Sequence record: NZ_CP029448.1
DNA: 64,000 bases
Direction: 5' to 3' (one strand)
Source: a plasmid
The translations under genes were made by a program, and so were the position numbers. The notes beneath the pieces are model-generated. The model was given only the letters and a program-made list of their open reading frames with translations, searched no databases and had not been told where the DNA came from. Shown in pieces: positions 35,898 through 45,326 of this stretch. Position 1 is the first letter of the stretch; every line of letters starts with the position of its first letter.

Positions 35898-35974
35898 TGC
35901 GGACACGCATTATTCTACGGTGATCTCCCTTTACTTCATTTCCTTTCTCACAGGCCAGAAAACATAACTGGCCT

Positions 35975-36757
35975 GAATATTCTCTCTGGGACCACGGTCC
36001 CACCTGCGTCATCTGTCAGCTTATCTGCCTTGGACCACGGTCCCACCTGCATCGCCGGTCAGGTTATCTCCCTGGGACCACGGTCCCACCTGCATCGTCG
36101 GTCAGCTTATCTGCCTGGGACCACGGTCCCACCTGCATCGCCGGTCAGGTAATCTGTCTGGGACCACGGTCCCACCTGCGTCATCGGTCAGGTTATCTGA
36201 CTGGGACCACGGTCCCACCTGCGTCGTCGGTCAGGTTATCTGCCTGGGACCACGGTCCCACCTGCGTCATCGGTCAGCTTATCTGTCTGGGACCACGGTC
36301 CCACCTGCGTCATCGGTCAGCTTATCTGTCTGGGACCACGGTCCCACCTGCATCGTCTGTCAGGTTATCTGCCTGGGACCACGGTCTCACCTGCGTCATC
36401 GGTCAGGTTATCTGTCTGGGACCACGGTCCCACCTGCGTCGTCGGTCAGGTTATCTGACTGGGACCACGGTCCCACCTGCGTCATCGGTCAGGTTATCTG
36501 TCTGGGACCACGGTCCCACCTGCGTCATCGGTCAGGTAATCTGCCTGGGACCACGGTCCCACCTGCGTCATCGGTCAGCTTATCTGCCTGGGACCACGGT
36601 CCCACCTGCATCGTCTGTCAGCTTATCTGCCTGGGACCACGGTCCCACCTGCGTCGTCGGTCAGGTAATCTGCCTGGGACCACGGTCCCACCTGCATCGT
36701 CGGTCAGGTAATCTGCCTGGGAGCACGGTCCCACCTGCATCGTCGGCACATTATTAG
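35975..36757 (+). repeat. sopC: sopC centromere: 18 tandem 43-bp repeats
   Basis: Unit GGGACCACGGTCCCACCTGCRTCRTCGGTCAGSTWATCTGNCT counted 18 times at 43-bp spacing. Each unit contains the 7-bp inverted repeat bound by SopB. Confidence 0.9.
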
Positions 36758-37222
36758 TTTGGGACAACGGTTAAGCAATGCCTGTCACGAACAGGTATTG
36801 GCTTGTCGCCAGCAACCTGTTGAGCGGAGTAATCACGCAGCAGGGCGGCTATTACAGGTGATGGTGAAAGCTCTGTTGGGATCTGAACGAAGCATGTTGA
36901 GTGAAATTTGCAAAATTTCGCGGGGTGTGCGGCTTAATTTTAAATTTCCGCCAGCATTTTTAAAACCAGCTGCCGCCGCTGCGCGTTGGCCGGTCCTTCG
37001 TCCGGCCGGTAACCAGTCCCGGCCGTTCTTACGACCCTGGATGAACATGGTCCCGTCATCAGCGTCTCCAGTGTGATGTCGTTTGTCACGCCGTCCGAGG
37101 GGATATCAGGGACACAACATATGGTAGAAAAAGCAGCTGTCTGAGACACAATATATTGATTATCCACAGTAACGGGGGATAACCGTGTGGGTAACATATT
37201 GAAAGTCCAACACGTTATCTGA

Positions 37223-37585
37223 TTAACTGACTTTGTAAACGCCGCTGAACCATGAAAAAAATCCGGGGGAATCATCACAGCGCATAAACATACCGTTATG
37301 TTTTTGGGTGACGGCAAGGAGGCCCCTGTTATCACCACATACCTTGTCAAAGGTTTCCATTCCTATCCTTATCAGGCTCTTTTCGTTATTTTCGGGAGAG
37401 ATCCGGAGATGTTTTGTCAGCCAGACAGGATAGGTATCAGCGTTACGCCAGTACTGCAATTCAATCACTGAAGCCATTCCCCAGACAGTGAAGAATAAGA
37501 AAACCACACCTGCGATTTTGCTACCCATATTGTTCCTTAACATTGATTTAATACATTCCTTGCTCCTCGCACCGGAGCACATCAC
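37223..37585 (-). CDS. hypothetical exported protein
   Basis: Signal-peptide-like MGSKIAGVVFLFFTVWGMASV (alternative start at 37528). 4-bp overlap with the upstream phd-like gene. Confidence 0.3.
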   Translation of the reverse strand: MMCSGARSKECIKSMLRNNMGSKIAGVVFLFFTVWGMASVIELQYWRNADTYPVWLTKHLRISPENNEKSLIRIGMETFDKVCGDNRGLLAVTQKHNGMFMRCDDSPGFFSWFSGVYKVS

Positions 37586-37851
37586 AGATACTGATTGAGA
37601 TCCACTCCACGCAGCGGCTGGTTTTGACGTTCTGTGATCAATTGCACCAGGTCTTTTTCGTCCAGCGCATCGAGCATTTGTTCATACAGAGCCGCGGGCA
37701 CACAATAAAAAACAGGGCGGTTGCGGTCAATAATCGCGACCGGGTAGCCGCCGCCGGCACTGGCGGTGGCCACCGGATCGTTTTTAAGTTCGCTGACGCT
37801 GGCAGTCACATCACACAGAATGATGTTTGTCATGGTTCCCCCCTGAGACAA
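37582..37851 (-). CDS. Phd/YefM-family antitoxin-like protein
   Basis: SVSELKNDPVATASAGGGYPVAIIDRNRPVFYCVPAALYEQMLDALDEKDL. Confidence 0.55.
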   Translation of the reverse strand: MSQGGTMTNIILCDVTASVSELKNDPVATASAGGGYPVAIIDRNRPVFYCVPAALYEQMLDALDEKDLVQLITERQNQPLRGVDLNQYL

Positions 37852-37911
37852 GTCATCTGTATGATCGGTAAAGTAAGCTCTGGCGGCAAGTCCCTTCTGT
37901 CATTTCAACGG

Positions 37912-39183
37912 TCAGAAACGGGCAACCGGCAGCTCCTTCCAGCGGGTGGTATATGCCGGTGACAGCATCTCCCGTTTCATCTGCCAGTCCGGCGCAATAC
38001 CCCGTCCGGCAAACCAGACTTTCCCGAGTCCGGAATGATTAATACCGTCGAGCACCTTCATCAGCGCATCGCTGTGCGGCCGTGGCTGCACGTCATCGAA
38101 CAGATTCAGCTGTGCAACGCCGTTCGGGCTGAAATCATTGAGCATTATCCCCGCTTTTGCGTAGCGGTGGCCATCGAGCCAGATCCTGTCCAGAGACCTG
38201 ACCGCTGCCGCTATAATGTCCCGGGTGTCACGGGTAGGGGTGTTCAGTTTCTCAGTGGCCACGTTACCGTAGTACGGTTCATTAACCGCAAAAGGGGAGG
38301 TTTTGATGAAGATGCTGATATGCCGGCAGTACTGCCGCTCACCTCGCAACTTTTCTGCTGCGCGCTCGGCGTACTGGCAGACGGCCTGGCGCATTTCTTC
38401 ATAGGTGGTGATCCGCTGCCCGAAGCTGCGACTGCAGACAATCTGCTGTTTCGGCGGCGGCGCTTCCTCCAGTGAAATGCAACTCTCGCCGTTCAGCTCA
38501 CGTACCGTGCGCTCCAGCACTACGTTGAAGTTTTTGCGGATAAACGCGGGGTTCGTCAGCGACAGCTGCAGGGCGGTGGTGATCCCCATAACGTGCAGCT
38601 TTTTCGCTATCCGGTTCCCCACGCCCCATATTTCTTCCACCGGCTGCAGGCTGAGTAATTTTGCCGTCCTGCGTGGATTATCGGGCGACAGCGCCAGCAC
38701 CCCCCTGAATTGTGGCCATTCCTTTGACGCCCACTGCGCCGATTTGGCCAGTGTTTTTGTGGCGCCGCAGCCGACACCGATCGTCAGTCCGGTTCCACTG
38801 AGAACGTGCCCACGCAACTGCCTGCCAAAATCCTCCAGATCCATACATTGGCCAATTCCCCGGGCATCCAGGAAACATTCGTCTATCGAGTATTGTTCGA
38901 CGCGGGGAGACAGCTCCTCCAGCAGGGCGACCACGCGGTTACTCAGGCTAGCGTAGAGCTCGTAATTGCTGGAAAAAACGTACAGTTTTTCAGGAAACTG
39001 CGCCTCTTTGAGCTGGAACCAGGGGGTTCCCATCTTTATACCCAGCCGTTTGGCTTCAGCACTCCGGGCAATAACGCAGCCATCGTTGTTACTGAGAACG
39101 ACGACCGGTTTTCCGCGCAAATCCGGCCTGAAAACCCTCTCGCAACTGGCGTAGAAGGAGTTGACGTCGGCCAGGGCGAACAT
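37912..39183 (-). CDS. umuC: error-prone Y-family DNA polymerase V catalytic subunit (UmuC/ImpB/MucB family)
   Basis: [41 protein letters not shown]..., 423 aa. Confidence 0.9.
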   Translation of the reverse strand: MFALADVNSFYASCERVFRPDLRGKPVVVLSNNDGCVIARSAEAKRLGIKMGTPWFQLKEAQFPEKLYVFSSNYELYASLSNRVVALLEELSPRVEQYSIDECFLDARGIGQCMDLEDFGRQLRGHVLSGTGLTIGVGCGATKTLAKSAQWASKEWPQFRGVLALSPDNPRRTAKLLSLQPVEEIWGVGNRIAKKLHVMGITTALQLSLTNPAFIRKNFNVVLERTVRELNGESCISLEEAPPPKQQIVCSRSFGQRITTYEEMRQAVCQYAERAAEKLRGERQYCRHISIFIKTSPFAVNEPYYGNVATEKLNTPTRDTRDIIAAAVRSLDRIWLDGHRYAKAGIMLNDFSPNGVAQLNLFDDVQPRPHSDALMKVLDGINHSGLGKVWFAGRGIAPDWQMKREMLSPAYTTRWKELPVARF

Positions 39184-39608
39184 CAGTCTGTCCCCCGGGT
39201 TTTATGAATGAAGGCCGTCACCACACCGAAAATTTGCAGCGTTTCCGGATCCGGGTACAGGGAAGGGAAGTCCGGGTTCATCGCCTGCAAGGCCGGCCGT
39301 GGCGTCAGAAGCAGGCGTTTTACCGTAAATTCACCCTCAATTTCCGCGATAACAATATCCCCGTGCCGCGGCTGTTCTGCTTTATCCACGACCATCAGAT
39401 CGCCGGAATAGAGGCCAATATCAGTCATTGAGTTGCCAATCGCCCTGACAAAATAGGTGGAGTGGCGCCGGTGAATGCAGTACTCATTCAGATCCAGTTC
39501 AGACTCAGTGTAGTCCGCAGCCGGTGACGGAAAACCCGCAGGGCATCGCTCTGTGAACAAAGGAATTTTTACTATGCTGGCTTCTGATACTGCAGGAATG
39601 AACTTCAT
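39183..39608 (-). CDS. umuD: UmuD/ImpA-family self-cleaving SOS protein
   Basis: 141 aa. Ala-Gly cleavage region ([12 protein letters not shown]). Ser/Lys peptidase motifs GNSM...FTVKRL. Overlaps the umuC start. Confidence 0.85.
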   Translation of the reverse strand: MKFIPAVSEASIVKIPLFTERCPAGFPSPAADYTESELDLNEYCIHRRHSTYFVRAIGNSMTDIGLYSGDLMVVDKAEQPRHGDIVIAEIEGEFTVKRLLLTPRPALQAMNPDFPSLYPDPETLQIFGVVTAFIHKTRGTD

Positions 39609-39630
39609 CGTATTTTCCCCTCGCTTGAAA

Positions 39631-39646
39631 CTGTATATATATACAG
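39631..39646. promoter_or_regulatory. LexA box (SOS operator) of the umuDC-like operon
   Basis: Perfect palindrome CTGTATATATATACAG (CTGT-N8-ACAG), 22 nt upstream of the umuD ATG with a GAGGGG RBS. Confidence 0.75.
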
Positions 39647-39647
39647 T

Positions 39648-41550
39648 GTGCGCCGGGAGACCGGTAAAGATCAAGGGGTGAAAGTCCCCGACCATTGAAG
39701 GACCAGCAATCCACAGGGTCCCTGAGTCATGCGTTGTATACCGTGAGGTATGGGGCGAAGCGTTGACAGGGGTGTTGACAGGCCAGCCATTGAGCCACGA
39801 AATGTATATTAAATTCCCGGGTGCCGACGTTGTACTGTTTACGGAAGGCAACATCATAGGGTGCGTTACTGCGAGTGCCATATGGACCCGGCGGGGTCTG
39901 AGACCCTGGCATGTCAATACGATCTTTACGCGGGAACCGGGAGATCTCCCCTCTGACCATCTGCCAGTGCCGGAGATGGCCCGCACCGGGAAGGCGAGGA
40001 GCCGAAGCCGGTGATGTACGGAGAGGAGAAGTCGGACTTGCTCATAGTAGCTGCGAAGCTGGCGAACAATCCGCAAGGAGCGGAGTCAGTGGAGCGAAGG
40101 AGCGGGGCCAAGGGAAACGCGGAACAGCCACACATGCGCCGGACGCAGAGCCGGGAAAGTATGTCACAGAGGCTGTCACGCGTGCGGGAAGCTGCGAAGC
40201 AGCGGAAGAAAGAACGGTTTACCGCATTGTTCCACCTCCTGACAGCAGAGGCACTGGAGAACGCATTCCTCTCCCTGAGCAGGAAAGCGGCTGCCGGAGT
40301 TGATGGTGTCAGGTGGAAGGACTACGCCGAAAACCTGAAGGTCAACATAGCAGATCTGCACCGGAGGCTTCATCAGGGCAGTTACAGGGCTCAGCCCGGC
40401 AGGCGGCACTACATCCCGAAAGCGGATGGAAAACAGCGCCCGCTCGGCATCGCCTCACTGGAGGACAAAATCGTCCAGTATGCGCTGGTTAAGATCCTGA
40501 ATGCAGTCTACGAAAATGACTTTATGGGGTTTTCATACGGGTTCAGACCCGGGCGAAGCCAGCACAATGCGCTGGACGCACTGGCCACAGGGCTGGTTCG
40601 GACCAATGTAAACTGGGTACTGGATGCCGATATCAGTCAGTTCTTCGACAAGGTAAGCCATGAATGGCTAATCAGGTTCATAGAACACAGAATCGGCGAC
40701 CAGAGGGTAATCAGGCTCATACGAAAGTGGCTCACAGCCGGGACCTCAGAGGAAGGAGAATGGCGGGCATCGGAGGAAGGCACCCCACAGGGTGCGGTTA
40801 TCTCGCCGCTGCTGGCAAACATCTACCTCCACTATGTCTTCGATCTGTGGGCGCATCAGTGGCGACGCCGCCATGCCACAGGCAATGTGGTCATGGTCAG
40901 ATACGCAGATGACATAGTCATCGGGTTCGACAAGCGAATCGACGCTCAATGCTTTCGTATAGCCATGCAGCGCAGACTGAAGGAGTTCGGACTCACGGTA
41001 CATCCGAAGAAAACCCGACTGATGGAGTTCGGCCGCTTCGCAGCCGAAAACCGCGCCAGCAGGGGAAAAGGTAAACCAGAAACGTTCAACTTCCTCGGGT
41101 TCACGCATATCAGTGGGAAAGATCGTAGTGGCAGGTTCATGCTGATACGAAAGACACGCCGGGACAGGATGACGGCGACACTGAAAGCGATCAAGGACGG
41201 ACTACGAAAGCGCTGGCATTACTCAATCCCCGAACAGGGAAAATGGCTCAGGAGAGTGGTTCAGGGATACCTGAACTACCACTCAGTCCCGGGCAACTAT
41301 CCCATGATGCGGAAGTTCAGGATATACGTAACAGACCTCTGGCGACGGGCGCTGAGGCGCAGGAGCCAGCAGGATGATACGACATGGACGAAAGCAAACA
41401 GACTGGCAGCCGTATGGCTGCCGAAGGTTCGGGTTCTGCATCCATGGCCTGTGGAGCGGTTCACCGCCAGACACCCAAGGCAGGAGCCCGGTGCGTGAAT
41501 AGCGCACGCCGGGATCTGTGCGGGGGGTACCCGGTAACGGGTATCCCTAC
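39648..41550 (+). mobile_element. bacterial group II intron (about 1.9 kb) with an intron-encoded reverse transcriptase/maturase
   Basis: 5' GTGCGCC at 39648. Domain V-like hairpin GAGCCCGGTGCGTGAATAGCGCACGCCGGGATC at about 41482-41514. Domain VI-like stem with a bulged A just after. RT ORF in between. The 3' boundary is approximate. Confidence 0.65.
40134..41498 (+). CDS. group II intron reverse transcriptase/maturase
   Basis: RT domains 0-7 with YADD (MVRYADDIVIGF), then a maturase (X) domain. Start ambiguous (40011, 40134 or 40161). Confidence 0.85.
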   Translation: MRRTQSRESMSQRLSRVREAAKQRKKERFTALFHLLTAEALENAFLSLSRKAAAGVDGVRWKDYAENLKVNIADLHRRLHQGSYRAQPGRRHYIPKADGKQRPLGIASLEDKIVQYALVKILNAVYENDFMGFSYGFRPGRSQHNALDALATGLVRTNVNWVLDADISQFFDKVSHEWLIRFIEHRIGDQRVIRLIRKWLTAGTSEEGEWRASEEGTPQGAVISPLLANIYLHYVFDLWAHQWRRRHATGNVVMVRYADDIVIGFDKRIDAQCFRIAMQRRLKEFGLTVHPKKTRLMEFGRFAAENRASRGKGKPETFNFLGFTHISGKDRSGRFMLIRKTRRDRMTATLKAIKDGLRKRWHYSIPEQGKWLRRVVQGYLNYHSVPGNYPMMRKFRIYVTDLWRRALRRRSQQDDTTWTKANRLAAVWLPKVRVLHPWPVERFTARHPRQEPGA

Positions 41551-42482
41551 CGCGACATTATTTTGCGGAGGCCGTTTTTTTTCAAGTCATCTTGTTGCCG
41601 TTGTCTGTAACCATTTGCTGTTCCTGCAAAAACAGGGAAATTTCAGAAGGATCACTGCCAGCCCGGAGAATCGTTATCTAATAAAATGTAATATACTGAA
41701 GTACAGTGTATTTATTCTGAGTGGAGTGATTATGAATACGGGTTTAAGGCAGGTTCTGCGATATGCAGGCGTCCCGGTTGACGCCGCTGAACCGGTGCGC
41801 CGGCAATTCGGTAGCCGCCTGATTTTAATCGTGACGGTTGCTCTTCTTCCGCTGTTGATTGTTGACGTCCCTCAGTGGATATTTGTGCTCTCCCAGATTA
41901 TCTGGGGAAGCGGTATGTATATTGGTATCTCCGTGGCCAGTGATAAACCAGATCGCCGGTAAGCTCAGAACGAGAGGTCTCCCGGATCGCCTGGTGACGG
42001 GCAACTGATAAACCGGCGCCGTGCCATCAACACCGGATAAGGACGTCACCGGCTTGTCGTTGCCGCCGACTCCGCTTCACCCGGCCCCATCCCTCCGGTC
42101 TGTGGCCTGATTCCTGCGTCTGTCGCGTTGCGACATTTGCTTCCGCTTTTCTCCCTGTGGTCGAAATACGGGTTAGACAAACCTTTTATTCAACCTCTGC
42201 ATCGCGACGGGTAGTGCTGTGCCTTCACTTTACCCGGCCGCTGCAGATGCAAGGGTTCGCTGACGCCGCCATCCTCGCCCGGTCGCAGGTTACTGATGAT
42301 GCTCGCTGTTCTTCCCGTCGTTTTCTCGCTCAGGTTTCGCTCGAAAACCGTCCAGACCAGCTTCGTGCTTTATCTGCGCTGCGGCCTCCGGTGTCGCCCC
42401 TGCGTCTTCCGCTTTCCGCCGGGCTGTCGTGTCGGCACGGCACAACCCGGTGCCGCAATCTTATGAACCTGTGGAGGTTGCT

Positions 42483-42908
42483 ATGTATCATGCCCGTCAA
42501 ACCATGCTGAATGTTGAGGAGTCCGACCGTCTCTCGTTCCTGCCGGATCTGTTTGGTAACGATTTTCTGGCCGGAGAGATGCAGGTCTATGCGCTCGCTG
42601 TGAAACACATCACCGATTACTGCGGAGGCTTCTGGCATTTCATCCGAATTCCGGAGGGCGGCGGCTACATGATGCCTGACGGTGACCGTTTCCATCTGAC
42701 TAACCCGGATAACTGGTTTGATCGGTCCGTCAGCGCGGATGCGGCCGGAGTTATCATTACGGCGCTGGCGATCAACCGCCGTATCTGGCTGCACCATGAA
42801 CGCGGTGATGCTGCCCTGACACGCCACCTGATGCTGCGGGAATCGCAGCTGTGGGATTTCATTGACTCTCATGACGAATGCGCAGCTATTTACGCGGCTC
42901 TTGACTGA
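42483..42908 (+). CDS. klcA: antirestriction protein KlcA/ArdB family
   Basis: 141 aa. LSFLPDLFGNDFLAGEMQVYALAVKHITDYCGGFWHFIRIPEGGGYMMPD...SADAAGVIITALAI matches the KlcA/ArdB pattern. Confidence 0.7.
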   Translation: MYHARQTMLNVEESDRLSFLPDLFGNDFLAGEMQVYALAVKHITDYCGGFWHFIRIPEGGGYMMPDGDRFHLTNPDNWFDRSVSADAAGVIITALAINRRIWLHHERGDAALTRHLMLRESQLWDFIDSHDECAAIYAALD

Positions 42909-43144
42909 TACTACATCGGGGCGCCCGACGTCCCGTTTAAGGTCTGAGACGGCACGATCTGTGGGGAGCTTACCCGGCTTCGCAGATCGGTGCGGCCGCG
43001 CGAAAATCCTGGCAGGCTTCGCCTGCCGGTGAGGCGGTTCGCCACGCCTGCGGCGCTGCGTACAGGCCTCACCTCAACAGGTCGCCAGTTAAGAATTAAG
43101 AGCGTAATATCTGCGTACCCTTTCTTCTTTTGCGGAATTTGGGT

Positions 43145-43399
43145 ATGTCGCAGTGGAATATTGCCTCTTTTTCAAAAGAGGAGCAGGACAAAGTTGCCGT
43201 CGATAAGGTGGCCGCTGCTGTTGCCTGGCAGGAACGCATGAACAAGCCCGTCATGCCGGAACTTGTTGAACGGGAACAGCCTGAACACCTGCGCGAATAT
43301 TTCCGTGAACGGCTCTGCGTACATCGACTGAACAGTCAGCAGCTGCTGCGCGCAAATGCGCCCGAATATAATAAACCGGGCGATGATCAGCAGAATTGA
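43145..43399 (+). CDS. hypothetical leading-region protein
   Basis: 84-aa [39 protein letters not shown]... Confidence 0.35.
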   Translation: MSQWNIASFSKEEQDKVAVDKVAAAVAWQERMNKPVMPELVEREQPEHLREYFRERLCVHRLNSQQLLRANAPEYNKPGDDQQN

Positions 43400-43433
43400 T
43401 TTTCTTACTCAGTGTGTCCAGGGAGGGTAATCT

Positions 43434-43754
43434 GTGCGTATGTCTCTGATGTTTGCTGCCGTGACGCTTTTAACCGGCATTAACCTGTTTTTTATTCCGT
43501 TTCAGCCTGTTCCGGCTCTGTGGGGGGCTATCCTGGCCGTTGCTTTTGTTCTGATTAATGTCGTGGCGGATAAGCTGCGCCTCTGGAGTGGCATTGCGTG
43601 GATTATCGTTGCCGGCATCATCATAACGCTGATGCTGAAGGGGAAAGAGCCGGGTGACGAATTTCGTGCCCTGATCACCGTTTTCGCTTTCCTGGCTTCT
43701 GCCTGGTACTGCGTTGTTCAGTACAGAAAAGAGAAGGGCGAATCTCAGTCCTGA
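43434..43754 (+). CDS. small inner-membrane protein
   Basis: 106 aa, 3 TM helices. Confidence 0.4.
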   Translation: MRMSLMFAAVTLLTGINLFFIPFQPVPALWGAILAVAFVLINVVADKLRLWSGIAWIIVAGIIITLMLKGKEPGDEFRALITVFAFLASAWYCVVQYRKEKGESQS

Positions 43755-43789
43755 CCTGACCAGACCGGTACTCTCCATCTTGCTGCAGC

Positions 43790-44390
43790 TCTTCCTCTGT
43801 TTAACTTTCTTTTCACACAATCTGCACCGGGGCCACCTTCGGCTCCTGACCCGCTGGCGCGGTTCAGTCGTCGAGCCACACTCCGCTAACCGCGAAAAGA
43901 CGCGGTAAGCTCCGCCGAACCCGCCAGGCGGTTTCGGGCCTGCCGGCTAGTGTCTGATGTCTGAGGTCAACGGCAGCGCTTGCTGCGACCGTTCCGGCCG
44001 CGCCGCTTTCACCGTGCCGGCGAAGGACTGCCGGCACTCTGCAGGGCAACGCCGTTTCGCGCCCGCGCGTTCCATCGTTGCGGCGGGTGCCTGCTCCTTT
44101 CCCCTGGTACCCGAATCACCCGTTTGAGTCCATTCGCCCGGGCTGACATAGCCACAACCTGTCGCATTGGCTGTCCAGGGTGTAATGAACAGTCCACAAA
44201 ACTTTTTGCATGGAACCGCAAAAACTTTTGTGTCCTGCCCCGGACAGATGCGTCAGGCCGTGGCGTCTTTGCCCTTGCGGCGAACGGCTCTCAAACGGGT
44301 GAAGGTAACAACCAGGGGGCAGGTTCAGCAGGTCCCCGCACAAAGTCAAAACCGCGGCCCCGGCAACTCAACGGGTGATGGTTTTTAAAG
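43790..44390 (+). promoter_or_regulatory. Frpo/ssi-like leading-region single-strand promoter element (copy 1)
   Basis: Long imperfect-palindrome-rich noncoding block upstream of ssb. Contains AAAACTTTTTGCATGGAACCGCAAAAACTTTTGTG and shares about 200 bp of similarity with 61085-61510. Confidence 0.55.
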
Positions 44391-44418
44391 ACAAAACAAC
44401 AGAGTAAGGAGATTCATC

Positions 44419-44961
44419 ATGGCAGCACGTGGCGTTAACAAAGTCATTCTGGTCGGACATCTGGGACAGGAACCGGATGTGCGTTACATGCCCAACGGGG
44501 GCGCAGTGGCCAATCTGACGCTGGCCACGTCTGAAACATGGCGTGACAAGCAGACGGGAGAGATGCGCGAAAACACCGAGTGGCACCGTGTTGTCATGTT
44601 CGGCAAGCTCGCGGAAGTGGCGGGCGAATACCTGCGTAAAGGCGCGCAGGTCTACATCGAGGGCCAGCTGCGCACCCGCAACTGGCAGGACGATGCCGGA
44701 GTCACGCGCTACGTCACCGAGGTGCTGGTCGGCCAGAACGGCACCCTGCAGATGCTCGGCGGCCGCCGTGAATCCGGTGTGCCTGAGAGCACTGCGCAGC
44801 CGCAGAGTCCTGCCGCCCCGGCACAACCTGCTCAGGCCCCGGCTAAATCCCCGAAAGCGAAGGGCGGTAAGAAAGGCCGTCAGGATGCGGCTCCGTCTCA
44901 GCAACCGCCTCAGCCACTCCCGGATGATTTCCCACCAATGGATGACGACGCGCCCTTTTAA
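44419..44961 (+). CDS. ssb: plasmid single-stranded DNA-binding protein
   Basis: OB-fold N-terminus, Gly/Pro/Gln-rich linker, acidic tail DDDAPF. Confidence 0.9.
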   Translation: MAARGVNKVILVGHLGQEPDVRYMPNGGAVANLTLATSETWRDKQTGEMRENTEWHRVVMFGKLAEVAGEYLRKGAQVYIEGQLRTRNWQDDAGVTRYVTEVLVGQNGTLQMLGGRRESGVPESTAQPQSPAAPAQPAQAPAKSPKAKGGKKGRQDAAPSQQPPQPLPDDFPPMDDDAPF

Positions 44962-45009
44962 ACCATGATGAAGACGCCCCGTTCAGGCGGGGCAGAGAAG
45001 GAGAAACAT

Positions 45010-45258
45010 ATGGACCATAACGTTTTGTCCCCGCTTGAATCTCTGCCGGATGGCACGTTTACCCGCGAGCAGGCTCAGATTGTCGCCGCGCAGTATCAGA
45101 ATGTGGCGATTGAAGATGACCAGGGGACCCATTTTCGCCTTGTCGTCCGTCATCAGGATGACGGCAGCATGGTCTGGCGCGTCTGGAATTTTGAACCGGG
45201 CGGCGAGGACATGATGAACCGTTACATCCGGGACTACGGAGTACGCAAAACGCAATAA
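45010..45258 (+). CDS. DUF905-like small leading-region protein
   Basis: 82 aa, immediately downstream of ssb as in F-like plasmids. Confidence 0.45.
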   Translation: MDHNVLSPLESLPDGTFTREQAQIVAAQYQNVAIEDDQGTHFRLVVRHQDDGSMVWRVWNFEPGGEDMMNRYIRDYGVRKTQ

Positions 45259-45326
45259 GCCGTAATAGGTGCCGGGCAGATGGGTCTGCCCGGCAGACAT
45301 TAACCAATATCGGAGAGAAATCAATT

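Noticed and set aside
35975-36757. Possible CRISPR array.
   Set aside because: The units are 43 bp and directly contiguous, with no intervening unique spacers. They lie immediately after sopB. This is the sopC centromere.
38035-39207. Plus-strand ORFs 38035-38475, 38405-38956 and 38806-39207 over umuC.
   Set aside because: They are antisense to the strongly supported umuC gene and have no motifs.
39183-40076. 297-aa minus-strand ORF given in the track for the umuD region.
   Set aside because: Only the last 141 aa (from MKFIPAVS at 39608) are UmuD-like and preceded by an RBS and LexA box. The N-terminal extension reads through the LexA box into antisense of the group II intron.
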